Assembly: GCA_052327205.1 (NCBI GenBank)
Contig: CM126212.1
Span: 201,252,001-201,316,000, forward strand
DNA length: 64,000 nt
Direction: 5' to 3'
Source of the DNA: Somniosus microcephalus
Lineage: Eukaryota
How positions within the stretch are numbered: position 1 is the stretch's first letter; each line of letters starts with the position of its first letter. Below, in pieces: positions 12,880-25,512 of this stretch. Under the pieces are notes generated by a model that ran no database searches, was not told the origin of the DNA, and saw only the letters and a program-made list of their open reading frames with translations. A program made the position numbers and the translations under genes.

Positions 12880-13400
12880 TAGAAATTAACGTGCAGAAGG
12901 AGGCCATTCACCCCATCATGCCCGCCAGTGCTAGCTCTTCAACTGGAGCTATCTACTGAATCCGATTTCCTTGGCTTTTCCCTATATCCTTTTAAATTCT
13001 TCAATTTAAAATATTATCCAGTCTGCTATTAAATGATGCTGTAGTCTCTGACTCAATAGCCACATGTGCAAAGCATTTCATATTCTAATAACAGTTTGTG
13101 TGGAAAAATTCTTTTAACTTTCCCACTTAATCCTGAGTGAGCCCCTATTTACCAAGAACTGGGAACCACCATTTATCCTCTCAAAACCTGTCAAAGATTT
13201 GAAAACCTTAATCAGATCGCCCCTTAAACTTTTACGTCCAGTGTTAAAAAAAAAAATTCTTAATTATAACCACTCATTCTTGGTATCGTAACAGTGAATC
13301 TTTATTGTATCCTTTCCATGTCTTTTCATAAGGAGGTGTCCATAACTGTCTCTGGTATTCTAACTGTGGCCTAAACAATGCCTTGTACTAATTCTAGTAA
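12880..13400 (-). mobile_element. Degraded CR1 3' fragment
   Basis: Reverse-complement CR1 tail (cagaaggaggccattc) and decayed RT segments (aatcagatcgccccttaa, ctggtattctaactgtggcctaa). Confidence 0.6.
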
Positions 13401-13978
13401 GAGGGGAGACCAAATAATTGTATGCCTGTATGGAACAAAGTCAATGAATATCAGATAGAGTTTTAAAAGTTTTTTTCAAACATCATTTGGACGAGTAAGT
13501 ATTTCACATTGAAATGATTCCTCTATGCATTCTCCTCTCTTCAAGAGATATAACCATATATCAACATTAAGAAATAAAATCCCATACTTGCTCATTTAAT
13601 TGAAAATAGATTGTACAATTGAAAATTAGATCAAAGGTTGAGTCTATCTATCTTCCAACATGTCTTCTATTTATAAGATAGTTCACTCAAAATCCGTTTT
13701 TGCTACTCATTATACTTGGAAAATTCAGAACTGCTAATAAGCTGTAATATGCCAACGTTCATAAGATAAAGGAAAGACCAATGCCTAGAAGAGTTGCCAG
13801 GGCTGTACTTTTATTTACTTGGATTATTTTAGAATTGTTATGCCCTCATTGCCTGTATATGCATATCAATGTTTTTTTTTATCTGTGTTGGCGGTTATCA
13901 TAGAGCTGACTATTCACACCATCTTGTCAAGATTTTTGCTAAATTCAATTGTAACCAATATTTTCATTTTTGTTTTAG

Positions 13979-14164
13979 CGTGAACTAAATGTCAGAGAAG
14001 GAACTTGGGAAAGGATTTGTACAGAGAAGAATCCTTATGTGGTGTGCAGTCTTATGTGGTCCTGGCTTGAGCAGTTGAAAGAACCTGTTATAAGTAGGCC
14101 AGATGTGGAAGCCTTAGCACATAAATATATGGACCCCATTAAAGCTTTTTACTCATTAGAAAAG
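13979..14164 (+). CDS. PTPDC1: PTPDC1 exon
   Basis: tgttttag| acceptor, AAG|gtaatc donor, 186 nt, phase 0-0; RELNVREGTWERICTEKNPYVVCSLMWSWLEQLKEPVISRPDVEALAHKYMDPIKAFYSLEK. Confidence 0.95.
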
Positions 14165-14212
14165 GTAATCTTTAGCATTTTTATTTTCATATCCATCTAT
14201 TATAGAGTCATA

Positions 14213-14819
14213 GGGCTGGATTTTACCAGCCCCGAGGAGGCGGGACTGGCGGGAAAATGGCAGAAACTGGGAGCGGGTACCAACCCCGCTCCCAACCCGC
14301 CTCCGTGCCATCTTCCCGGGAGGCGGGTCCCCAAGTTGCGCAGGGACCTGACTCCTTGAAGCGGGAAGGGGACTAGAGCCATTTAACTGCCTGTTAACGG
14401 GCAGTTTTGAGGCTTTTCCCCATTTTACGCCTGCAACTGCGGGCTTCCCGACGGCTGCGAACCTCGCCAGGGTCAGCGAGGCGAGCAGTGAGTCTGCGGG
14501 GGTGAGAGGGATCGATATGTCAGCTGTAGAGGTGAGTGATGGGCGCACGTGTGGACAGGTAAGTATGAGAGGGGAGTGTTAAGTTTTGGAAAAAGTTTCA
14601 CACGCTGACAATTCATCTGTCAAAATATTTTCGACAGATGAAGCGTCCTACGCTGCCGTAATCTGTCAGCGGCTTTCCCTTAATTGGCCGGTAGGTGGGC
14701 TTAACAGGGCTAATCAAGGGAAAATAGCGTGGGTGCGTCAGACGTCGCTGGGGGCGGGACTAGAACCTGGAAAGCAGCAGTCCTGCCCCCAACCCGTCTC
14801 GGCTGGCAAAATCCAGCCC
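14213..14819. mobile_element. PIF/Harbinger-like MITE related to 3199-4023, opposite orientation
   Basis: 19-bp TIR GGGCTGGATTTTACCAGCC / GGCTGGCAAAATCCAGCCC (1 mismatch); flanks ATA/ATC; shared aactgcctgttaac motif. Confidence 0.8.
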
Positions 14820-15174
14820 ATCGAGTCCATTCTAAGCATTACCATAATAAAATGAGTTTTTCACTAGCTTTTCTGTTAAACCCCTATATTAATGTATTAT
14901 TTTAACAGTTATCACTAGGAAAAGGTGAACCACAAATTCTCTGGGGGAGGGAAGTAAGCTATTTTATTTGATACCTAAATTGGACACATTATTGAAACCT
15001 ACAGGGTGCAACTCATACCCTGCTTATGAGTCGTAGCCTGTGGCTGGAGTCAGATATTCATTCTTATCCATATATAAGAATTAACCGGTTTTAATTGTGA
15101 AATGTATTTTTTAAATGTGTTTCATCTGCATGAAATGTACAATAATTCAATAAATTAGTATAATCATGCATGAT

Positions 15175-15294
15175 GATGATGATTCTTCTTAGGCAGTCCC
15201 TGGGAATCGAGGATGACTTGCTTCCACACTAAAAATGACACAAAATTCTCAGGTGACTGATGAGTCCAATGCGGGACCTACAGTCTCTGTCTCT
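15175..15294 (-). mobile_element. Extremely 5'-truncated RTE-clade LINE 3' end
   Basis: Minus strand encodes DRDCRSRIGLISHLR (RTE C-terminal motif), then gggactgcctaagaagaa and a (cat)n tail; 17-bp TSD gtatRatcatgcatgat at 15158-15174 and 15295-15311. Confidence 0.8.
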
Positions 15295-15370
15295 GTATGA
15301 TCATGCATGATATAATATGCTTGTTACCATAATAATCTTCACTTATATAGTGTTTTATTACTTTAACCAG

Positions 15371-15481
15371 GGCCAATATCAGACACTGCTTTGCATTCTT
15401 GATTGTATGGCAAAATTGCGTGACCTACCATTTGATGTAGAAGATGCTATACTTACTCGGGCAATTAGAGCTTTTACTAAG
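15371..15481 (+). CDS. PTPDC1: PTPDC1 penultimate exon (GC donor)
   Basis: ttaaccag| acceptor; GQYQTLLCILDCMAKLRDLPFDVEDAILTRAIRAFTK; ends AAG|gcaagt, in phase with the last exon. Confidence 0.92.
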
Positions 15482-15602
15482 GCAAGTACTGCATCTTGAA
15501 AAAAATAGAGAAAAATATTTTGAAATATTAGATTTACAGAAGTATTGTATTTCAATATTCAATCTGAATATCCTTTTTAATTGTCTGCATAGAAATAAAG
15601 AA

Positions 15603-15805
15603 AGAATTTGCATTTATATAATGCTTTTCCATTCCTCAAATGTCCCAAAGTGTTTCACAGCCAATAAATTACTTCTGAAGTCTAGTCACTATTATGTAGG
15701 CAAATATGCAGCCAATTTACACAGTAAGGTCCCACAAATAGCAATGAGATAAATGACCAGTTAATCTTTTTTGGTGGTGTTGGTTGAGTGATAAATATTG
15801 GCCAG
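15603..15805 (-). mobile_element. DeuSINE/SacSINE1-like SINE 3' fragment
   Basis: Same tail and body as the other copies (ttgcatttatataatgc...gataaatattggccag). Confidence 0.65.
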
Positions 15806-15829
15806 AAGGTAGGATATGTAATTTAATAT

Positions 15830-16600
15830 TACAAAGTGACTGTAATGTTTCTCTAAAAACTTTGTAAAGGAAGGCCGTGACTTTGGTCATTAGGTTTCTT
15901 GCACCTTTTTGTGACTTCTTCTGTGATACTCCATGTACAAATGATGTATTGCGTCACCCATGCAATGCAAGAGCCCAATTACCCCTCCCAAGAAGGAGTC
16001 CAAAAAGTTGGACATCAGAAACAAAGCATGTATGCCCAGAGTGGTGTCAATATGAGGATAGTAGCTTATTGACCCCACTGGGTGAAGTTCATCCACCAAC
16101 AAATGATGTAGATTAATGTCACAATGAAAAAAACAGGTCCAAGACAACTCGCTTGTATTATGCCAACTACAAAACTATTAAAACAGTTTGCAATTGATGC
16201 CCTGAAATGGACATGCAGTCTGCAATTATTGTGCTGCAGGTAGACTTGTCTAAGATTTGATGTCTTCCAGTTGAGACGCGAAGATCTCTTTCAAAGGTAG
16301 TGAATCAGGGAATCGTGGAGTTGATACCGGAATTTTTTTAAAGAACATCAAGAGAATCGTAAAGCAATTCCAGATTTAGATGCTTCAACTCTCCATTAGT
16401 AAATGGTCATTCTCTGGAAGCGAACCGACTTCTTTTTAAGGCAATTTTTACACTTGGTCACCACAGTTCTGTGTATTATAAATAAATGAATAACGACGCA
16501 ATCCTTCTTCCTCTGCATAGACACAGTGCAGTATTAACACTGGTGTCATCCAAAATCCACCATGTTTCAGGCATGCAAAATATCCTGGGAGAGGCCCAGA
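15830..16600 (-). mobile_element. Ancient L2-like RT fragment
   Basis: Minus strand VGIIQASCLGPVFFIV (compare GVPQGSxLGP) followed by ISYYPHIDTTL (compare YADDTQL); frameshifted. Confidence 0.55.
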
Positions 16601-17074
16601 GCAGGACACAGACTACTTTGAGGAGTAGACTCTCCATCCTGAAACGTTTGTAGGTTCTTCAACAGGAGGAGGTTAAAAGTAGATGGATTTCTACTTTTGT
16701 GTCTCTTTTCTTCTCTCATTATGGGGGCGGAGAGGCAGGCAATGGGTTGTCAATGGGAAGGGGAGTGCTTAAAGCACTTAATGTATTTCCAGTTTGCCCA
16801 TACCCATGCTCTGCCCTGCACTCATGATCACTGCTACTCCTCTCCCCATGACTCCAACTATCCTTTACATTCATGCAGCTTCCCCCTCAACCTCCCTGCC
16901 CCCTACTTCCCAATCACCATCTCTTACATGAACTAGTGCTGTCATCCCACCTCATTATCACTTTGAGCACCACCTGTTCCCCTGTTTCCCAGACTTCTCG
17001 CCAACTGTGACCATTACTCCTTCCCCATTATCCCTACCTTGCTCGTGCTTTCCCCTTTTTCTCCCATTCTTATA

Positions 17075-17465
17075 CAATAACAACTATTTACATTAACATA
17101 ACGCTTTTAATGTAGAAAACCGCCCAAAGGCATTTCATAGAAATGTAATCAGAAAAAAATCTACACTGAGCCAAAGAAGCAGATATTAGGAGGATAACTA
17201 AAAACTTGATCAAAGTGGTCAATTTTAAGGAGGGCCTTAAAGGAGCTGAGGGAGATGGCGAGGCAGAGATTTAGGGAGGGAGTTAATTGGAGGAACACAG
17301 ATATCTCAGAGGGTTTAGGGCTGGGGAAGATTACAGAGATGCGCAGGGTAAGGCCATGAAGGATTTGAACGCAAGGATGAGAATTTTAAATTTGAGGTTT
17401 TGGACCAGGAGCCAATTAGATCAAGCGTTGGAGGAGAATGTTGTGGTTGACCGTGTCAAAGTCTC
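17075..17465 (-). mobile_element. L2 LINE 3' fragment
   Basis: Reverse complement of the L2 tail seen at 56785-57295 (ctttgggcggttttctacattaaaagcgtta). Confidence 0.6.
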
Positions 17466-17859
17466 TTAGTCAGCTGAACTCTTATCCTTGTCCTTCCCCC
17501 CTTCTTTTCCCTGGCTCCTTCACTTCCCTTTCTCCTGTATCCTTCATCTCTGCCCTTCCCTGCTATCGCTCCATTACTTTCATCCAATACTTTAAACAAC
17601 TGAAAGCTTGTTCTCAACACAGAGCTGGGAAAACATATATTATAATCCCCAATCGGTTCCCATGCTGTACCACCCCCTCCCCCCAGCCTGCTCTCTGATC
17701 TTTATCGGTTAACTAACACTTTAGTCATTGTGCTTAGAATAACATTATTACTTTCAGTATTTTACTATTATAACTAGGGTTGTGTATGGGCTGCAGTAGC
17801 TGGTGAAGTTTTGCAGGTGGCTATTCTAGGTTTCCTGTTCATACTATTTATAAACATAG

Positions 17860-18900
17860 ATAAGGAAGGTACTTCCAATGGTTATGTAAAATTTGTTGTT
17901 GACCCAAAGCTATGTTGCCAAATTGATGCATTTAGAGACATCTATACAAATTAGATGGATGGACTATAAAATGGCAGATAGATTTTTATTATGTGGATAA
18001 ATGTAAGGAAATTGATATTTGAACATAAAAAATGAAATACATATACATAATGAAAGGGTATATATTAGCAATGGTGGAAAAAGGTTTGGATGTAAGTATT
18101 GAGGGTTGACTGTAGTATCCAGTCAGTGTGAAGCTATAATCAGCAAACATGGTTAATCAAGTGCATCTCAAAGCCATTTGAAATAGAAGTCAAAGCAGTT
18201 TATTTAAACCTGTATAACTGTGCAAGTTTGGGCATTTTACTTTTAAAAGAAGATTACCAATTGAAGCAGACTCTGAAAAAAGCAACAAGGGTAATTCCAG
18301 GACTAATTGCAAAGTGAACTGGTTTTTGATTGGAGAAATGATTGAGAGGGGACATGTCTAAAATGCTGAAGATTTAATTAGGACTTTTGATTAGAAGTAA
18401 TTCTATCCTTGTGCAGATCAATGGTAAGGCCACTTTTAGGGTATGTTGAGCACCTTACCTTTAAAAATGATGGTGTTCATTGTACTGGAGAAGGTTCAGA
18501 GAATAGCAATAATGATTAAAAGGAGAAAAGATTGGGAGGGTGCATGATCCAGGTTTTAAAGCATGGATAAAGGATAATGCAGAGATAAACAAGTAACTTA
18601 AAAACTGAGAACAAAACTAGAGGACAAGTATAAAATTAATAATCCTTAATCAAAACACAAAATTGGAAGGATTGCCACCTGCCATGGAATACTACATATG
18701 CAGAATAGACTCCTATCTGGGGCAGTTAATGCTGCATCATTTGACACCTTGGAAAATAAACTGGATTAATAGCTGGCTGGGACAGGTTTGAGAGACACAT
18801 ACGCACGTACAGATAGCAGTAATTGAGTGCTGGGTGGAACATGATCATTCTTGAGCTACTAGGACCAAGTTAAAGAAGATAAAGGAAATGCAGTGTAGTA
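17860..18900 (+). mobile_element. Highly degraded CR1 RT fragments
   Basis: Decayed motifs such as aaatttgttgttgacccaaagcta (KFADDTKL-like) and ctggagaaggttcagagaatagc (LEKVQRRA-like). Confidence 0.5.
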
Positions 18901-19963
18901 TAGATATTCCAGAGTTTTATTTGATATACTTTTGAAGGGCAGGGAGAAGTTTTGTGGAACTTTTCCCTGAGAGAAGAAATGGCTGAGATGGAGACCATAA
19001 TTGAATAGATCATACATGGCCAGTGGAAGGAAAGGACCTGTTGAGCTGACTGGCCTTTCCTCATTCCATGTTTTCTTGTAGTCTTCATTTTGGAGACACC
19101 AGTTTGTGTAGAATAGGTGCTTGTGTGCCAATAGTTTTTTTTAAATTATTATATGTGTTGTGTTCTACTTTATCAAATTATATTTTTACAGTATTCAATG
19201 AAACTTTTCCTTGAGTAGAAAATATACACCGTATCCTCACTTGATGAATTTTGTCTGTTAACTATTTACACCTGTATGTGAAACTGAAATTATGATGCAA
19301 TTGGATCTGCATGTTTTTGCACAAATCATTAAACTAAGTTACATCCTTTAGTCAAATGAACTAACACTTAGCAAAATGGGGTGGTGTTTTTACAGGTGCT
19401 GCAGTAAAGGAGGATTACATGATTATGACTGAAAAGCTCTTAAAGGAACAAAAATCAGGCTTGCTCCAGTAAATAGTTGAGCCATTCAAACCAAGAAGGT
19501 TCATGGGTCTATTTCTGAAGGGAGTTCATCACAGCAGAACAGATATGGGGGCTACAATTAGTTTGGGAAGGAAGAATCAACCAGGATTCTCGCTCCTGCT
19601 TGTGGATGTTGGGTGACAACAGTCAGGCATGACTGGTACGCCCTGCGGCCATGTTGCCTGCTGACATTCTTTGTCAAAGCAAGTACACAAGTAATAGCCA
19701 CGAGGGCAACTGTTGCATATGGAACTATATTTCAATAACCGTTGAATGCCTTCAGGTGGGATAGGGAGAAGATTGGAAGAAAAAAACTTAAAGGAACAGA
19801 AATTGTTCTGATTTTCCCAGTTGCTTACCTTTCCTTAGTTATGATATCTAAGTCTAACCTCCTTGTGACTGATTGCCTCAGGAGAGATAGGAGCCTCTGC
19901 ATAGTGTTTCTTAATTGTCATTTGGCTAATATTAGGTGTTTCTGTTGTATTTTTTTTTCCCAG

Positions 19964-20110
19964 GTCAGTTTTGATGCTGATGAGGGTCCTAAGGTTTACA
20001 ATACGCTCAAGACAATATTAAAGCCAATCTTAGAAGAAAAACAAGCCAAACTTGCAGATTGTGAAGTTTCTAATAATTGTGCACAAAATGTAGGTTTGCA
20101 GATTCACTGA
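19964..20110 (+). CDS. PTPDC1: PTPDC1 terminal coding exon
   Basis: ttttttttcccag| acceptor; VSFDADEGPKVYNTLKTILKPILEEKQAK...QIH*, resembling the recalled human VNFDSENGPTVYNTLKKI; stop TGA at 20108-20110. Confidence 0.92.
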   Translation, partial: VSFDADEGPKVYNTLKTILKPILEEKQAKLADCEVSNNCAQNVGLQIH

Positions 20111-20772
20111 GCAAGAATGTAGAACCATTTCAGTTTTTCTGTTCCTGTTGTTACCGTCCCCCAAAAGATAGGAGACTACAGTGCGTATTGGAGAAGCTCT
20201 ATATTATAGAATAGGGCACTATAATTAGGCAGTAAAAATTAGATTAAAGTAAAATTCAGTATCACATACTTGATTGTTGACAACATAGAAGTTTTACAAA
20301 AATTACAGTTTTGTTTTAAAAGAATAAGATGTATTAATGAAAAAAGTACCTTGATCTCAAACTTGCTCATTAAATATATGAATTGGCCACCAATATTTAA
20401 TGAGGTGTATTTGTTTAAAAACTGCCATGACTTTAAGTGCCATATATTAATGTGGCAAGATGTTTTGTTATTTTGAAGACATTTAGTGTTTACAGTCATA
20501 TGGTATATTTTGTACTATAGATACTTTTTATTTGTAAAATATTTATTTTCTTTCCATGTCAAGTGTTACTTTATTTGTTTAATGCAATAATCCAATGTTA
20601 AATAGAGCAATTAAAATGATATTTGAAAAAAATGTATGATGAGAAAATTCTCAACAGTTTAGACTTTTTAAGGATTTTTAATATGTGCATTTCCCAGCAA
20701 CTGTGACTTATTCTAATTATTACATTCTTAACATATTTAAAACTTCAACAAAATATATGTAATTGAGATGTT

Positions 20773-20778
20773 AATAAA
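20773..20778 (+). terminator. Candidate PTPDC1 polyadenylation signal AATAAA
   Basis: Canonical hexamer ~660 nt after the stop, in an AU-rich 3' UTR with GT-rich downstream sequence; ATTAAA at 20610 and AATAAA at 23113 are alternatives. Confidence 0.5.
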
Positions 20779-21339
20779 TGGGTTTAAAATGTCTTGTGCA
20801 TGGAACACTATGTGGCACTGAATTATTTTTACTGCTGGGATGAATGAGACTGAATTCTTCTCAAAGCATTTAAGTACCACCAAAGATGCTCTGATGGTTT
20901 GAACAGACAGCTCCATATCGTTTCACAAGTAAGTATGGTGGAAATGTGATGTATATTAATTTGAATCTGATCTTAAAAAGTGCTGGTAAGCAGACTTTTG
21001 TGTGAGGAATTGTATGAAAATATTACAATTTGTTAATTTTTATGTCATGGAAATTGAATAGAATATATACAATGTAAAATATGGCATAATTTTTCTATTT
21101 AAAGTACAACATCAACCTTTACTGTTTTTATTTATTATATGGGAGCTCGCCATAGCCGCAATAGAATTTTTAAATAAATATTATATACCACCTATTTTCC
21201 ATCTAGGTATAGACAGCATAGTTTGTTTCAGAGAAGATAATGGTTATAGGGCTTAAAACTGATGAAGTGCAGTTTTTGCAAAAGCAAGAATAGTTGTATA
21301 GCATAAATTTAACTTGTATAGACTTCTGGCATATTCCCA

Positions 21340-21680
21340 ATTTTGTTGGGACCTCTCCCACTGTTGCTGGGACTCTAATTTATGCTTTTATCACCTTGAG
21401 GATTGATTTATCCAATGCGCTGCTCATCGTCTCCATTTATAAACTCCAGTTTGTCCAGAACTCTGTGGCCGGAAGCCCATCCTACACATCCGTTGGCCTT
21501 GCTGAGGGATGCTAGCTCCCTTTGCCCCATGAATCAATTTCAGAGTCTATGCCCTGTTTCAAAACCCTCCATGACCTTGCTGTACCCTATCTGACTGATC
21601 TTTACTAGCTATATGACTCTGCACATAACTCTTCTATAATGACACAAGGTTACTGCTTGTTCTTCACTACCTCCATTCCA
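21340..21680 (+). mobile_element. Degraded L2 fragment
   Basis: TLIYAFITLRIDLSNALL...KLQFVQNSVA matches L2 ORF2 C-terminal motifs. Confidence 0.65.
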
Positions 21681-23989
21681 TTCCATATAGACTTGTTTAA
21701 AAAAAATAATAATTTAGCAAAGTAGTCGAATTTTCCTCCAAGGTAGAGCTCTTTACCTTGGTTTGGTTCCTGGGCCTAGCCTCAGTTGACTTACTAACCA
21801 TTCAAAGGAGTGGAAGATGTATCTTTGGATAACTCAAAAACTGTTCTGCAGATGGGGGCTGCTTCAGACGGATAGTTTTGCATTCCCTAAGAATTTTAAA
21901 CTCCCTCAGTTCTACTCCAGGATAGGAGGTGTATCTGTATGTAAGCTGTTTTCTTGGACTCGGAGGTTTCTACACATATTTCCTCAGTTTCCCCTGATCA
22001 CCCTAGGGGACTGCAAAAGGTACATGTGGAAGAGGCAAACCACACCTGAACACCCCATTCTGTCCTGCGAGCTGTGGTTCTCTCTGATCTTGGTGATGAG
22101 TATAATCACCATGAGCGGATGTGCTCTCGTAGTTTGGGGGGGGGGGGGGTGAGTTTCTGCCAGAGCTGAAATATTTTCAGCTGGCAGCATGGGTGTTGAA
22201 TGGCATCAATTTCTAGACCAAGGTCATCCATAGTCAGTTCCAGGAAAACTTTCGCTAGCCAGGCTTACAATGTCATGCATAGAAGTTTGTGGAATGATGT
22301 GTGACTAGGTCTATTACTCCTGTGACGTATGAAGTTCTAGGATATCTGCATTTTGTTTGATTTGGGTCGAAAGCCTAATTCTATTCGAGTGCATGTTGCC
22401 CCCATCATGAGCCACCAGTATCAAGTCAGCTAGATTCTCATCCATACGTGTCTTGATTTTAGCAAGCTTTATGGAAATTACCTCTGGATAAACCTCCTAG
22501 TTCCTAACTGAATTCTTAAGCTCTGATTTTGTAACCCTGGCAAAATTGGAACTGTGCACTGAAGTTTGTACTCTCAGACCTGTCCCTTCATTTGCCCAGC
22601 TTCCCTGCATGAACATAACATCAAAACACTAAAAATGCAGAATGTAAAAACAACAGATATAAAGAGAATGACAACACAAGAAACAAGCACACTCAGCAAG
22701 GCAAAGATGGCACAAACGGATAAGACAGACAACAACTTACCATTTGTAGCACCATGTAATATATTTAAACTCTTCCATTTTGAATATGCTTCCTCTAACT
22801 GTTGCATTTCCTACAACACTTTCCCTATAACACCTTGTTGATACCACCACTATTGTTACAAAAAATAGATATCCTCTGACTCACTTATATTTGCATCAAA
22901 ATTCAATTTGGGTTTCTTAAAAAAAAAACTAAAATTAGGATGAAGAAAGACGCTCTGTCTCTTGGCTTAATGTGCATTCTGAGGTTTATAGAATATAAAA
23001 CAACAGCTATGTAATCGGTACTCTGTCGTTTTTGTTCTCACTCTCTTGCGTGCACACACACAAGCACATATGGCCCTTCTGCTTTAAAAACTAACTTGAT
23101 GTAAACTACTCGAATAAAGGTTTTGAGATTTGCCTTGTAACTTTACTTCAAATAATTTTAAAAAAAATAACTGAGCAGAAACTGTTGGAAGTTAAAGAAA
23201 AATATTGCTGTGGTTCAGCTGACTGAACAATACTGATGCATTCTGAGAAATTGGATACACTCCGCATGCGCAGACTACATAATTTGCATTCACCTGACAG
23301 AATCACAGCTCTGGGCAAAAATCTCAAGTACATCTCCAGTCTTTTGGGAGAGCATTAAAAACACAAAAGACAATTTGATTTAATCATGTCATTGCAAAAT
23401 ATGTAATTTTTTTAATGTTTTAATTTTGTTTTAAACCTTATTTTGGAATTGGAAATTTTACTTAGGCAATTATTTTTTCCACAAAGCATTTTGAGTGATT
23501 TTTGAGGAAAAGATGATTCAGCACTCTGGTGGTGTGATAGAGCTGTGACAAGCAAGTCATAAAATTATCATTGAAACTCCTGCTGGAGCACCGCTAGCTG
23601 GTATCACAGGGAAACATAACATGAAGTATGGACACTGTAACATAGGAATATCTATAGGATATGTTTCCAGAGCTGTTTAATAGACTGCTAACCCATGTGT
23701 GAATTTTATTTTATTTTATTATAATGGAATAATAAAAACCTGTCTAGTGTATGTGTGTGTATGTAATTATAATATAGTTAAAAATGGTGAGATGGTTCAA
23801 AACATTCTGACTCAAAATGCATTGAAATATCCTATGTTAGGATTTGGCGAAGGGAAACCTCATTTTAAACATGCCAGCAATTACCGGCAGTACCTGTTAT
23901 ACATGCAGGTGCTACTGTGTTCAACATTTGCAGTATTAAATATCTGTCATGTAAGTGGGTGCAAAACTCTCCATTCGGTAGTGTTCTGG

Positions 23990-24700
23990 ACTTGAGAGTC
24001 AGTATCCAATTCCAGTACAGAGACACTGCGTGACAGCCTCAGAACATGGAAGCCCATATCAGAGATACGATAAAAAGTTAAGTTTTGTTGATGAATTACT
24101 ATTGAGCTGGAAACCCCCCCATAGTTGCCAGACCTGTGCCACTCTGATTCCTGTACCATCTTCACAGTTGACACCTGCACTGAGGAGAATCCTCAACATG
24201 CTGAAATTGAGTTGCACATGGACCCTGAATCCCCCCACCACACGGAACTTTCAGACCTTGCCCCACCACCCCATGCTGACCGAATTTTCCAATCACCCGA
24301 ACCTCCCAGGCCCGGGCTATTGCCAACTGAATTATCAGGGCATCACGTTCCCTCCTAGCCATTTTGTGTACATCAGCGCCATGCTTTCTCCCGCTCTTCC
24401 CCCTCCCCTCGAGAAGATTTCCCGTGCAGAGAGGCAGTCCCCATGCATCTCCTCTTCCCCCTCACCTCTTCCTCACTCCCCATTTCCCCATGCCAACCGA
24501 CTCAACTTCCTCACTCTTTTTCCTTCATTCCTCCCTCTCCCCTTCCCTGCTGTCTCTCCTCTTCCCTGCACCCCTCCCTTGTTTTCTCCACCTTGGTCCA
24601 ATTATCTTCCTGCCCTCTAACACTGTTTGACATGAATACTGCCATTGGTGTTGACTCACTCTGTGCAACATCATGGTAAATCAACTACTGTTTTTCTGCA
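23990..24700 (+). mobile_element. Possible decayed Penelope-like element
   Basis: ORF 24030-24620 has FVDELLLSW (YIDD-like), CQTC and RNFQTLPHHPMLTEF, weakly resembling Penelope RT/linker motifs, then a pyrimidine-rich tail. Confidence 0.35.
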
Positions 24701-24785
24701 TATAGTATCATCTCTTTTCCCCTCACTGGGAATAATATCCTATGTTACAATTCATTTATTTGGTTGAGGTTGGGCAGATAATAAT

Positions 24786-25512
24786 GGCCCGGATTTTGCG
24801 GTGGGTAATGACGGTGAACTGTCAGCATTCGCAGTCATTGCCCCTCTGAAACTGACCGCAACTTCAGGATTTAGCGCATGTGCATCTAAACACAGAAATC
24901 CTGAAGTGGCGGTCAGTCATTCACTGCTCCGACACAGGCCCCCCCGGTTAATCAGTGGAACTGACGGAAACTTAGGCTTTTCCGCACCAGTATTGCTGTC
25001 AAATACCCCATTAAATGTTAAGCCTTGTTGGAATAGGTGTAACTGGGGTTTTAATAGTGTATTGACTGCTAAACAATTGTTCTGGCCTTGAAAAACTAAT
25101 TTTTATATTTGTGGAGTGTCAAATTTCTCCATTATGATGATTACAATGCTTTTAAACTTTAAAAATGTTTTTTTACATAGTTTGTTTATGATATTTCAGC
25201 TTCTACCTTATCCCCATGTGAAACTCCCAATCTTTATTTCAATCTCCGTATCATTTTTAAACAGTCCGGATAAAAGCAGCTTCTCATTTCCTGGTTTCCT
25301 GTCTTGAGAATTCTGTAATGTGATTGGCTGCTTAGACAGCTTGTTGACATCACTGCAGCTCTGCTGGGAATTCCCATTACAGAGCGCTACAATCAATTGC
25401 ACATCGAGAAAGGCAAACTTCTCGCCACAGAGATAGCAAGATCTTTGTGGGCAGTTTTCTTCGAGGCCAGTGGCGAGTGCCTTTGCTTTGCGCTGACCGC
25501 AAATTATGGGCC
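24786..25512. mobile_element. Harbinger-like MITE
   Basis: TIR GGCCCGGATTTTGCGGT / ACCGCAAATTATGGGCC; flanks AAT/ACT; GC-rich ends with an AT-rich centre. Confidence 0.7.

Noticed and set aside
15255-15285. CTGATGA-GTCC…GGAC hammerhead look-alike
   Set aside because: GAAA is missing after the stem, and the sequence is explained as the antisense of RTE coding sequence (SRIGLISH).
24030-24679. 196-aa Pro-rich ORF as a host gene
   Set aside because: It is low-complexity pyrimidine-rich sequence with decayed retroelement-like motifs and no exon context.
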